DNA from: Azolla caroliniana
Lineage: Eukaryota; Plantae; Polypodiophyta
DNA: 64,000 bases
Assembly: GCA_043228905.1 (NCBI GenBank)
Contig: JBHGNT010000012.1
Location: forward strand, 2,542,001-2,606,000
Direction of reading: 5' to 3'
The position numbers were made by a program, and so were the translations under genes. The notes below the pieces were generated by a model. The model ran no database searches and was not told the origin of the DNA. It saw only the letters and a list, made by a program, of their open reading frames with translations. Shown here piece after piece: positions 23,459 to 36,200 of this stretch; the stretch's first letter is position 1, and every line of letters starts with the position of its first letter.

Positions 23459-25261
23459 ATGGCTGACACGACACAACAGGGGAACTCTGATGCAGCGCCC
23501 CCGACATCCTCTTCACGGTCAGCTGTCACAGTCGTCTTCACACCGGAAGAAGAAGCGATGCTGAAAACAGAGGTAAGCCGCCTGCACTCCTATTCAATAG
23601 TATGCAGGGTTATAGGATTAAGACCAAATAGAGGAGATTTGCGGGATCTCCTCCAGGCAGCCTTTCAGCATCACATCGGAAAAATAATTGATGTTCAATT
23701 CCTTGGACATGGTTTCTATCACTTAGAATTGGATACGGCAGAATCCATATTGATAATGTTAAAGGCTAATATGATTAATATTCGCAATGCGATTGCTTGT
23801 TTTATGCCATGGCAACCGGCTTTTGATCCCGTCCAAATGTTAAGTTCCGGACATCGGTTGATTCCGATTTCCGTAGTTTTCCCGAGAATTCCTAAAGAAT
23901 ATATGGCTGTGCTTCCATCAATTGCAGCAAGAATCGGCACGGTTCTTCCTCCACGGGTGGAGGCATTAGAAGCGAAGATGTCAGGATACCCATCAATTCG
24001 CATATTAGTTCCCTCAATGGAAAATCTACCGTCTCAGGTACTTTTACCATCAATTACCGGGAATTCAACGTTTATGCAAAAACTGGAATATGTAGGTATG
24101 CCTGGGCAGTGCTTTTATTGTAAACAAAAAGGTCATGTATTAAAAGATTGTCCAAGGAAAAAGAAGGGAGATGGTTCCCAGAATGGCCTAAGTAATGAAC
24201 ATATAGAGGCTAATCACGTTAAGTTGAATAGAAATCAACAAACACATCTACGTGAAGGAATAGAGAAAGGAAAGAATGTTAAGACTTCCAAGGATGAAAA
24301 AGGGAAAAGTATTCAACCCTCCCAAGATGAGGTGTGGAAGACAATTGAAAAAAGGCACACAATACCTAATAAGAGCATAGAATCTAAGAGTGATCACGTA
24401 AATACAAGCCGTTATGAAGTCTTACAAGAACCGGATAATTCTTTGCCTCAAAATGAGGTTAATTTAGGCCAAACCAGTAAGGGTTCTGAACAATCTATTC
24501 TTGTTGGAGAAGAGACCGAATCAGTCAACAATCTCGTTAGGTCCACTCAGGAAACAAAAATGACATCAAGTAAAGAACATTTTAAAGAGTCTAGTGCATC
24601 TCGACCAAGTCATAGATCTATAAAAAGATCATCTACCTTGAGGGGGCTGAATGCGAATTTCATTCGCACAATTCCGTTAAAGTCCATAGTAGAAAATAAT
24701 TGTGATGTGGAAGTCACTAGATGGAATGCCACATACGGATTTGAGTTTTTGAAATTTTTGGGAGACATGGTTGATAATGGGAATGCAGCAATACGAGTCC
24801 ATGTTCTTTTCAGATCTATGCAATCTCTAGTAGGATTTTCATTTCCTTTCTGTGGATATGAAAAACAAACATGGGTAGCAGCGGATGTTCGATTGGCTGT
24901 TAGACAGCAAACATTACACTTTGCAAAATATGTTAATTGTGACAATTTTGGGGAAACATTATTAAGGGGACTTGAGGGAGCAACTATGCAACTTTTGCCA
25001 GTGTCTGATGTGATGGGGCGGAGGCAGGTGGTTGTTGCTTTAGACTCTAACATTCTTCCAAATTGTGGATATACATATATTCATGAAGATGGATTATCAG
25101 AAGGCCAAGTATTGGCTAAAGCTCATCATCATTATAGAATGATACGTGATGCGATACCCTTATCAGGTTCAATAAACGGTGAGCAAGATGGCAATGAGGT
25201 CACTCTAGAGCCATTAATGAAAAACAGGAAACTGGCATCACAACAACCTAAATTTTCCTAA
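23459..25261 (+). CDS. LINE ORF1p (DUF4283/RRM-like N-terminus, CCHC zinc knuckle, disordered linker, unexplained C-terminal globular domain)
   Basis: Intact 600-aa ORF; VQFLGHGFYHLEL..PWQPAFDP; CFYCKQKGHVLKDC. Confidence 0.9.
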   Translation: MADTTQQGNSDAAPPTSSSRSAVTVVFTPEEEAMLKTEVSRLHSYSIVCRVIGLRPNRGDLRDLLQAAFQHHIGKIIDVQFLGHGFYHLELDTAESILIMLKANMINIRNAIACFMPWQPAFDPVQMLSSGHRLIPISVVFPRIPKEYMAVLPSIAARIGTVLPPRVEALEAKMSGYPSIRILVPSMENLPSQVLLPSITGNSTFMQKLEYVGMPGQCFYCKQKGHVLKDCPRKKKGDGSQNGLSNEHIEANHVKLNRNQQTHLREGIEKGKNVKTSKDEKGKSIQPSQDEVWKTIEKRHTIPNKSIESKSDHVNTSRYEVLQEPDNSLPQNEVNLGQTSKGSEQSILVGEETESVNNLVRSTQETKMTSSKEHFKESSASRPSHRSIKRSSTLRGLNANFIRTIPLKSIVENNCDVEVTRWNATYGFEFLKFLGDMVDNGNAAIRVHVLFRSMQSLVGFSFPFCGYEKQTWVAADVRLAVRQQTLHFAKYVNCDNFGETLLRGLEGATMQLLPVSDVMGRRQVVVALDSNILPNCGYTYIHEDGLSEGQVLAKAHHHYRMIRDAIPLSGSINGEQDGNEVTLEPLMKNRKLASQQPKFS

Positions 25262-28200
25262 ATGCGAGTAATGTCATGGAATGTTCAAGGGTTAGGAGGC
25301 CCCTTATATAGATGATACAAATATCGTCTCCGTCAAGAAATCAACAAATGCATAGTGGGTGGACCCCTAGATTTTCTTTTAATACAAGAACATCATCTAA
25401 ATACTTTTAGAATTTCTCGGTACGGTTCCATTCTACCTGGGAACTGGGACATGTTTTGGTCTCCCGCAATAGGCAACACGGAAGTCCGAGGAGGGGTGTG
25501 TATGGCTATTTCACAAAGATGGATATCATCCATTATTCAAAAACAAGTGGTTATTCCAGGAAGGGCTCAATTTGTTATTATCCAAGAGGAAGAGACTACA
25601 TGGGGACTTTTAAATATATATGCTCCCAATACTGCAACGGCGCGGCAACAATTTTGGAAAGATTTATTAAATAAATTGCCGTCTCTTGATCATTGGTGTA
25701 TTGCTGGTGATTTTAATATGCTTGAGGATCCCATCGATAGAATGGGAGGTAGCTCAATCACGATACATGGTCATGAGCTAACAATGTGGGAACAATTGGT
25801 GTTTTCCTTACAAATGTTAGACGCTTGGCATGCGCCTTCCATGGTTCGTACAAACACCTCACTTTTGTTTTCAAGATCAGATAGGCAAGTAAATGGTACT
25901 AATCTAGCTCGCTTGGATAGATTTTATTTATCTGGCAAATTTATTTCAGCAACGGGTACCGTGCATATAATGCCAGGAACTACCTTTTCTGATCATGCTC
26001 CAATTATTCTTTCACTCTCGACTCAAAAGAATAAAGAATTTGTCAATCTGAAGATTCCTGAAGAGCTGTTGTTTGACAATAATTTCTCATCATAGGTGAT
26101 TGATTTATGGTCGCAAAAAGATGTTGGGCAAGAATCAATGACTATGCGGGTAGCTAATGGCCTACAAAGAATTTCAGAATTTTTTAGGTGTAAATCTAAG
26201 GAAAGGTTTGCTATGATGAAAGAAAGGGAGAAAAGGTCTCGTGCTTCTCTTGTTTCCTTGCAACGGTTACAAGAACATTACCCACACTGTACTTGGATTG
26301 CCGAGAAACTTGGGTCAACAAAACAAGAACTAGCTGAACTATTAGAAAAGCGTGCAGAATTTCAATATCATCGTAGGGCAGCTAATTGGACCCAAGTGGG
26401 TGACAAATGTACAGTTGAGTTTTTTCATTCAAAGAGACCTAATTATAATGCGGTTTCAATCAAACAACTACAACATGAGAATGGGACCATCTCATCTGAT
26501 TCTCAAGTAATGAGAGAAATAGCCACAAGATACTATTCTAACCTACTATCAGTTGTTTCTTTCTCTGATGAAGAATTAGTATGTCGGTCACATGTATGGA
26601 ATAAGTTGAAGTCAAGAATAACAGAGGATATGAATGCAAGTCTTCAAGATGTTCTTACATGTCATGAATTAATTGAAGCACTTCACGCTTTGCCTAAAAA
26701 TTGTTGTCCAGGTGTGGATGGTCTAACCCCAACATTTTTTATTAAATATTGGGACATATTCAAAGCAGATTTATGCACAGCATTTCAGCAAATTCTTCGA
26801 GAGGGTAGGATGCCTTCTCAGTTTACAGAAGGATTGATTTATCTTATTCCTAAATCAGACGGTCCTTCACTCGACATCAAGAAATGGCGGCCGATTACAC
26901 TACTAAATACAGTGTATAAAATTTTGGCTAAAGCAATTAGTATACGACTCAGCACCATAATGCCTACAGTTATACATCCGACTCAAACAGGATTCATTCG
27001 AGAAAGAAGTATTTTGGATAATGTGTACACATTTTGGGAATCTGTGGCCTTGGCAACTAAATCTAATCAAAAGTTGGTTGTTCTTATGCTTGATTTTGAG
27101 AAAGCATATGATCGTGTTGACTGGGAATTTTTACAAGGGGTATTGATTCGCTTTGGATTTTCAAAAGAATGGATAAAAGGTATTTCCTCATTATATAATG
27201 TTGCACAAAGCCGAGTCTTGTTGGCTGGAGATTATGGCCCTTTGTTTTATATTTCTCGATCAGTTCGTCAGGGTTGTCCACTGGCTCCCTTTCTATTCCT
27301 GTTTTTTGCTGAGGCAATGATTTCTTTTTTGAATGCTGCTGATATTGGTATACGTGGACTATGCACTCCACTCTCACATATAGAAGTAAGGGATGCTGAA
27401 TTTGCAGATGACACTGCCCTATACTTAAAAAGGTGATTTGGAAAATTTGGAAAAAACAGAAGTGGCCATATCCACATTCTGTAAGGCTTCAGGTGCATTG
27501 GTTAATTGGAACAAGTCCTTTGCATTTTGGGTGGGAGATGTAAATCCTCCGTTATGGAACCCACACCCGCAATTTCGATGGATACCATCAGGTTGCCCAA
27601 TTCGGTACCTAGGATGTACTATAGGTGTTGATCTTTCGATGGAAAATCAAGTGGCTCCCCTCTTATTGTCTTTGAGGCAAAAACTGTTATTATGGAGTTC
27701 AGCTAAGTTGTCTTTTGCTGGTAGGGTTATAGTTGCCAATCAGGTGTTATTGGCGTCAACATGGTATGTTTTGTCATGTTGGATATTCTCCAAGTCATGT
27801 ATTCTGAAAATACGCAGATTGATTCGTAATTTTCTATGGTCTGGCAAATCGGAAGGAAATGCTCGGTCTAAAGTAAAATGGGATGTTATTACCTTACCTC
27901 GCTCTAAAGGAGGACTAGGTATTATTGATCCAGTAGACCAATCAAGAGCACTATTAAGTAAGTTGCTCATTAGAGGATTTACGCCGCGGAAAGAGATATG
28001 GAAAATACTATTACTCGACCGTTGTTCAGACTGCTTTCCTCGATTAGGTGCCCCTTGGTCTAAGGATGTAAACTGGATATTTAGGGAAAATTTCAGAGTA
28101 CCTGCAGCTAACAAGTGGGAAGACAGGTTTATTAGAACAGTATTTTCGGCATGGAAACAAGTATTACCTGGTTTGCTTCGCAATAAACCTAAGCCCAATC

Positions 28201-29606
28201 ATTATATTGAGTATATTAGACAAAGGATAGTTTGGAATCCGTTGTTTACAACATCAGATGGTTCGCTGTTGGGTTCTAGACAATGGTTATCATGGGGAAA
28301 AATGGCAGAAGGTCCTGCAAAAACTGTTCAGACATGGCAACGTTTTTTATCAAGGTCATGGGAAGAACAAAAAGAAATCCTAGGTAGTATGCATGGGGGA
28401 CAAATAATGTACCAACAAATTCAAGAGGCTATGAGTAGATTTCCTATTCCACCCAATAACTCTAATCACAGATGGGTTGGGGTCTTTTCAAGATTGGAAG
28501 TACTCTTGGCTGTTAAAGGATATTCAGATGATAAGACCTACCGATCCTTTGAGGTGGATGAAGCAAACCAATTGACACAATCCGGGGAAATGAGGATAGA
28601 TTACCCTTATGCTATGGAACACAAGATAAGAATCATCGGATATGCTGACCGGAAATGGTACATTGACCCAATGATTGGGGAAATAAAGGCACATTGGAAG
28701 TTGTGGGTGTTGGCTAAAATACCGGTTTTCAGATTAGAATGGGACCCAATGGATTATCAGTGGACAGACCCTTTTACGGGTAACAAATTTAATTTTTTCC
28801 AATATTCTGTACAGTTAGGAAGACATGTGCTTTCAGATATACGAGATGTGACACCGGCTGCTTTTCAATTTTGGAATCAACAAGGTATTACTCCCCAATT
28901 CCTGGCAAATTTTTGGGTAGTGTTATGGGCTAGAAAACAGCCACACCAAATATTGCATGTACAGTGGTTGCTTGTACATCGAGCCTTGCCAGTTGGCACC
29001 TGGCTGCATAGGATGGGAGTAGAGTCTACTTGCGCACGATGTCGTTTACAAATGGAAACTCACAAACATTGCTTATGGGAATGTATTGAGTCTCAATTGA
29101 TATGGCAACGTCTCCTTAGAATTTTTGCTAATTATTTCTCCCCGTTGGTTTTCACTTGGGGTATGGTGGTTTGGACATCTCTTGTCCGTGATGTATTTCA
29201 TTATGATAACGAATCAATGGACCATGGATTTTGCACTAAATTTGGAAGAGTACATAAAGTACCATTGTTGTCACTACAGTTTACAGGAATACGAAAGGAA
29301 GTCCAACCAGTATGGGAGATATTGAGTAGTACCACTATATATCATATTTGGAAGACTAGGTGCTCTCTTATTTTCCAACAACTGAAAACACCACCGGCCG
29401 AATTGGTCTCAAATATTTGGTTAGACATAGTGCATACTTTGAAGGGCCAATGGGATGGTATTATTGGTGACTCTGATGCTAAGATTGCTCAACGGCATGA
29501 GTTTATCACTATATGGAAACCTTCTCCATTCATGACAGCCAACTGTGGTACTCCTTATTGGCATTATCAACCTCCGAAACGGTTGTTTCCCCCCCCAATT
29601 ACATAG
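25262..29606 (+). pseudogene. LINE ORF2 (APE endonuclease, RT, zf-RVT-like), disrupted by two stops and one frameshift
   Basis: MRVMSWNVQGL, IQEHHL, NIYAPN, GDFN, RLDRFY, SDHAPI; WRPITLLN, LDFEKAYDRV, QGCPLAP, FADD; CARC..HCLWEC. Lesions: TGA 25313-25315, TAG 26093-26095, +1 A in the run at ~27427-27431. Confidence 0.92.
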
Positions 29607-30223
29607 AACTTTGAATCTTGTAAAATGACTATACTAATGACAGGATATCTTTATAAAAAAAAAAAGAGTAGATACACAGATACATATGCATTCACTCATA
29701 CATACATACATGCATACATACATACATACATACATAACACACACACACACACAACCAGAACAAGTAGATACACATATACATATGCATTCACTCATACTTA
29801 CATACATACATACATACATAACACACACACACACACACAACCAGAACAAGTAGATACACATATACATATGCATTCACTCATACATACATACATACATGCA
29901 CATACATGTACATACATACATACATACATACATACATACATGTACATATGTACATATGTACATACATATTGAAGAAGATAAATGAATGGTGATGGTGATG
30001 ATGGTGATGGAGATGAGCAAGAAAGAAGAAAGACGCAGAAGAAACCATGCGGAGCACATGTCTCCTATCTACTCTATCCTTTAGCTTCTGCTGCTGCTGC
30101 TGCTGCTGCCACCATCCATCTCTCCTCTGCAGGAGATTGATCGATCGGTGGATCCATCTCTGTGTTTGCCAGTATCTCCTTCTGCTCTAATTAGGCCATG
30201 TCTGAGTAATCGGTCGTTGACCG

Positions 30224-30298
30224 AAGAGGAGGAGGAGGAGGAGGAGGAGGAGGAGGAAGAAGAAGAAGAAGAAGAAGAAGAAGAAGAAGAAGAAGAAG
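30224..30298. repeat. (GAG)n(GAA)n microsatellite directly before the putative NADK2 start
   Basis: Direct reading. Confidence 0.9.
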
Positions 30299-33200
30299 AT
30301 GCTGCTGTTTGTGAATGAATACCATCTCCTCCATCACCATCACCATCACCATCATCGCCACCCCCACACCCACACCCACCGCATCCTTCCATTACATGAA
30401 TCATCCCTCCTTTGTAGCCTCAAGCCCTCCTCTACTGCTGCACAGAGACATGTGATGCAGAAGAAGAAGAAGAAAAAAACTCGATCCCAACCTTCTTCCC
30501 TAGGTATGATAATATCCTCTTCAAGAAACCATGGGAATTGTAGTGCAGATGTGGTTTCTTGTACTCACGTTGATCGCAGCAATAACGTAATGGGAGCGAA
30601 TTCCTTTGTGTCATCTCTTTTTTCTGAACAGACTCGGTCAGTATCAGGGTCAGTACTGAATTCATCTTCTTCATCTTCATCGATTTCTCTTTCAGTAAAT
30701 TCTTCTTCTTCTGCAATGTTTTCTGTCGAGAACTCATCGGAAGAAGACGAAGAAGAGGAATTGGAAGATTCACTGACATCATCGTCATCATCTTCAAGGA
30801 GGAGGAGGAGGAGGAAGAGAGATGCTTATCCCATGGAATCGCTGGCAATGGATTCTATCACCGCAGACCAGGTATGTGAAGATGATTTAGAAGCTATTAA
30901 TCTCCTTGTATATGGATCATGAATAATCGCAATGTTGTATGCTCGGAGCTTCATCATATGAGTTATATATGTTTTTTTAAGAGTCATCGTGGATATATTT
31001 GCCATCTTTGGATGGATCTAGAACTTGCCACTCATATATTGTTTAAGAACTCATATGCGTGGAAATGGAATCGGTTACTTATATCTGTTTTTAAGAATTT
31101 GTATGCATGACAGCTATTTTTATTTTATTTTTAAGAATTCATCATACTTGCGATGTTTGGACAGTTATATATACTGTAATCATGGAACTTGAACCAGTCG
31201 TCTATAATAGTTATATTTGAACTTTGAAAGGAGTTTATGCTATATGGATTGTGCTATAACCAATCATATGGGTATCCATATGCATATGTTATATTCTATT
31301 GTTGCATAATGCTAGAGACAGTCATTTAAAGCTGTTTAAGAATCCGTATCTATAATGGTATGTTTGAATGGAGTGTATATACTCTATGCATGAAACTAGA
31401 AACAGTCATTTACGACATATCATGTTTGTTTGGATGAAGAATATCCTGTATTCTGCTTTAACAATCAATTCAAATACTATGTCTGGATACAATGTTATAA
31501 GCATATGCTACCCTTAGCTTTCACATGATAGATGTTCACAGTTAGACACAATCTAGATGGCTATGGTCTGGATATAGACCTCGTTACAGACCTGTACTTT
31601 CATGGAATATGAGTGGCTAGCTAACCTATTGTGAGCTCTTTGAGGTTTTGCAAGGAGTTGTAAGGGCTAGAGAATGAACCATCAATTCAGGGATGGTCGT
31701 ATGAGCAGACAGTGCTTGGACCACCATGGTCTAGCCATAGACATTGGGTTTCACGGTATATAAAGGATAAGGTACCTGATTGTGGGCTCTGTAGGATATG
31801 CAAGGAATCATAAGAGCTAAAGATACAACCCCTCAAATTGGTGGATGGCCATATGGCCGGACAATGTTTCACTATGATCTGGCTGTGTACCTAGGTTTTC
31901 ATGATATTTAAAGGGCTAACTAGCTGATGTCATGTATGTGGCTAGAGATGGATCAATCAATCTGGTGGAAGTCTATGTTATTAGACACCACCTGAAATTT
32001 GAACGACTGTGTTCTGGACCCAAGTTTTCATGGTATATAGAGGTATACCTACCGTATCGTGAGCTCGTTAAAGCAATACATATGCCCATAACATACAATG
32101 CATCACAGAATGGATGTAAAATGCTAGTTTTTTTGAGAGCTGGATTTTATGGTATATTTCTATTATTTCATATTTTATTTAGGTTCACGGAAGAGTTTTT
32201 GTATTACAGATAAAGGAGGAAAATCTATGGTATTTTCGACATGGACCGTTGCCAGGTGATCTTGCTGAGGTCGAAACATTTTGTCGAATATTTCGAGTAG
32301 CAGAGCAAGTGCACAATGTGGTCATGGAAGCATTGTGCACAGTGAATGATTCTAGAGAACATGTTACTCCTCAGTCTAGTGTCTATAATGGCATTTCTTT
32401 AGGTGATGTAGAGCCCCTTAATTCTGAGGATGTTCCATTGCTAGAAGAGAAAATAGTCTCCAGTTTGGGGTGTATTGGTGCACTTCTATATCAACAAAAA
32501 CAAGAAGTTCTTAGTGGAAGACTCAATCATGGATCTTCACCTGGTAAAGGCTACAACACCAGACCACCACTTGCACAATTTCGTGCTAACATGAAGAAAT
32601 GTTGTGAACAACTAGAGGCTTTGCTGCTTTGTTATTTTCCGATCCATGATGACCAATTCAAGTTAATGCACAAGAAATTTCAGATGCTGCAGAATATCTG
32701 CTTTGATGCTGGGTATCCAAGGGCAAAAGGTTCTCCCAACCATGCAGATATTCCAAATTGGGGGGCTGTCAAACTGGAAACCCCGTGGAATGAAAAAATA
32801 AACAGTGATATAGCATTTTGGAGAGGTGGTCAACTGACAGATGATGGGGTAGACTGGTTAATTAAAAATGGTTTCAAATGTGTTGTGGATTTAAGAACAG
32901 AACCCAGTCAAGATTATCTCTCAAAGTCTGCAATGGATGCTGCAGTTTCTTCTGGGAAACTAAAGAAAGTCATTTTGCCAGTTGAACCAGGAAATGTTCC
33001 CACCAAGGATCAGGTATTAGAGTTTGCAAAACTTGTGGCTGATGTGAACAATCAACCTCTTTATCTTCATAGTCAACAAGGGGTCGGAAGGACTTCTGCC
33101 ATGGTGACTAAATGGCGAGAAGTTGGCCTTGAAATTCACGTTCAAGAAGAGCAATCAAGCATAACTGTTTTAGATAATGAGACCTGCTCTGTGAATGGTG

Positions 33201-36200
33201 ATCAAGAGCTTGTCGTTAAATCCGAAAATAAGATTATTGAGAAAGTTAATATTGAATCATTGGTGGAGACTTCAGGGTCGGAAAACCATCACCCTCCTGA
33301 AACACTGCCAATGAAAACAGATATATTGCAAGAATCCACAACGGTGTTTACTCCATTTGAATCACAAAGACCACCCAAAAAATCATTTTCTCAACGAGAT
33401 ATGTCAAAATTTTTGAAGGGAAGAAAGATTGTGCCAGCAAGTTTCAACAGACGATTAGAAAGAGTCAGTTCTACTGTTATTCACAGAGATGAAACTGCTC
33501 TTAATACAGAGACTGCTGAACCTGCTGGAAGGTGGTGTTTAGATGGTCCAGGAATTCCTAGAGCAGGAAAAGTTGAAGGTAAGTATAGGGCAAATTCAAA
33601 AGGCGCTGACAATGGTAATATTGTAAAGGATGAACAAGAAAGATATGTTGGAGGGGTAACAAATGGAGCTTCAACTTCTTCAGAAATAACTCTCGTAAAA
33701 GGAGCTCTCAATCGAATTCCTGGTACCAATGGTGCTCTTGGGGTTGATGATGGTGATGATGATGCAGTTGTGGGTGATATGTGTGCTTCCACAACAGGGG
33801 TGGTAAGAGTTCAGTCTAGGAAGAAGGCAGAAATGTACCTTGTTCGGACAGATGGGTTTTCTTGCACAAGAGAAAGGGTGAAAGAATCAACATTGGCTTT
33901 CACACATCCCAGCACTCAGCAACAAATGCTTATGTGGAAAACGGCTCCAAAGACAGTTCTTCTTCTTAAGAAGCTGGGCTCAGAGCTTATACAAGAAACA
34001 GAACTGGTATTTTCTTATAGATTTACTAATACTGTTTCATTCTTAATCAAGAAAGATCTTGACCCTATCATCTCCATACTGATACAAATCCAAAAACTTC
34101 CGAGTGTTTATTTGTTGCTACTACTAGAAATTTCTTATAGTTATCGACCTATTGTCATGTTGATGAACTTTCAAACTTGACATGTATTGGTAATTTATCA
34201 CATAACCTGTGTGAGAATTTTGTTATGGGTTGAGCCTTGAATAGGCATTGGTTGTGAAATCTAAAAGCTTTTCTGGTGCTCAACAAGTTTTTGAGATGGA
34301 TTCATAAAGAAAGTAGAAGTCCAGAGTAGCAAGCGCAATAGGGTTCCGAAAATGACAAAAACATAAGAATCATGTTTTTTTCTAAATGAGCACTCTCATG
34401 AGGTCTATCCTGTATCTTTTGTTGAGAAATCAAGGTCTTTATTGTTGAAGAGAGAAAGCAGGTGCCTTGCTTCGACATCCATAATAGACAGGCCTATGAT
34501 GGATCATTTAAGGAGACAGCAATATTAGTTTCAATGAGCAGATATTGCTTTTACTAATTTCAGATAATTCCATGCAATTATCAGACCATGGACATCGTTG
34601 CTCACCATGTCTTAGTCCGTGATGACTATCAGATGCAGCTGATAGATATCTTCACTACCTGTCTCTAACCCATCAATCCCCCTGCCACCACTCGTGATCT
34701 ATGTAGTAGTTGTGCTCTTCATGCTTGTAAAAGTCATCCTAAGATTCATCAACTGTTGTAAAACCATGTCTGATGCATCAGTAACCTCTTCATTGATCTC
34801 TAGACAGACCAATGCTTTTCTTTTCTTTTCAGTATGAACAATAAAAGCTCACCATATTTGTACTTGTGATTTATATCAAAAGCATATTTCAGTGTTTGCA
34901 GATGCTAATATATCTTCCTTTTTTCTGCATATATATATATATATATATATATGAGCCACTTGTCTGTAAGTCTGTTAGGAAGGTCAGTAAATTGAGAATT
35001 CCTGTTTCTGCTTTGTTGAATCTAGTTGTATCTGTAGATAATTGAGCTTTTACCATATCCATGAACCTTTAATAGAAATAGGAGTACATCATGTCTTTTT
35101 TGCGGAAATTTAGTAGATAAAATGTTGTATTCCATACAATGTATTGTAGGAAAGTTTTGTTTTCAACAGGTTGACTTCAACTTTATATTTTGAATGTCTT
35201 AACAGTAATTGCTCTTAAGCAATCATATAATAAAGTTAAGTAATCTGTCAACTGCAGGTGGCGTCATTCTTGCATTATCAAGAAGGGATGAATGTGATTG
35301 TAGAGCCAGATGTTCATGATCATTTAGCAAGGGTTGCTGGGTTTGGCTTCATTCAAACCTTCCATAGTCAAGATATAAGGTTTTAGACTCTTAAATTTTA
35401 TTTATCAACAAAATCCGTTCGACAATGGATGCCTTTGATTCTATCCTAAATAACCTTTTGAACAGTCTTCTACATGAGAGGGTAGATTTTGTAGTCTGCC
35501 TTGGCGGTGATGGTGTAATCTTGCATGCCTCCAACCTTTTCCGGGATGCAGTTCCTCCTGTTGTCTCATTCAATCTTGGTTCACTCGGTTTCCTAACTGC
35601 ACATCCTGTGAGTAGCAAGCATATACTGTTCTGAGAATATTCTCGTATCAAGTTGGAGATGTAGAAATGTTGAATGCTTAATGTGAACATATATTTTCTG
35701 CTAAAATGATTAGTTCTTAACTATAATTTCGAAATTTCCCTTGCCAAACAGTTTGAAGACTTTATGCCAGATCTTAAGGCTATCATTCATGGAAATACAC
35801 GTGTGGAAGGTGTTTACATAACTCTGCGTATGCGACTACAATGTGAGATATTCCGAAATGACAAGCCAGTTCCTGGTAAAGTGTTTGACGTGCTGAATGA
35901 AGTGGTTGTAGATAGGGGCTCCAATCCATATCTTTGCAAGATTGAGTGTTATGAACGCAATCGACTAATTACAAAGGTGAGCCTCATAGTGTTCTGTGTA
36001 GCACTATATATAACATCAGCTGAACCTGCTTATGATATAGGTACAAGCTGATGGAGTAATTGTGGCAACACCAACTGGAAGCACTGCATATTCTACAGCT
36101 GCTGGTGGATCTATGGTATGTGATTATTGCCATTACTCATCTTGTTAATACAAACTGGTCTTGCCATTATAATTTAAGCTAAATTGTAGGTGCATCCGAA

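Larger units (their letters stand above)
23381..29666 (+). mobile_element. Full-length L1-clade LINE retrotransposon
   Basis: ORF1 + ORF2, poly(A) at 29655-29665, 16-bp TSD AGTAGATACACAGATA (23365-23380, 29667-29682), short 5' UTR with AGAGAACGTTAC repeats. Confidence 0.95.
23227..29960. repeat. Compound minisatellite (unit ~ACACACAACCAGAACAAGTAGATACACA.ATACATATGCATTCACTCA(TACA)n), interrupted by the LINE
   Basis: Units at ~23227-23380 and ~29667-29960; one unit is restored seamlessly when the LINE and one TSD copy are removed. Confidence 0.85.

Noticed and set aside
29625-30404. His/Thr/Tyr, poly-Ser and poly-Leu ORFs
   Set aside because: Translations of minisatellite and microsatellite tracts
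31500-32140. Possible TE remnant in NADK2 intron 1
   Set aside because: Composition differs from the flanks, but no termini, TSD or protein motif could be identified
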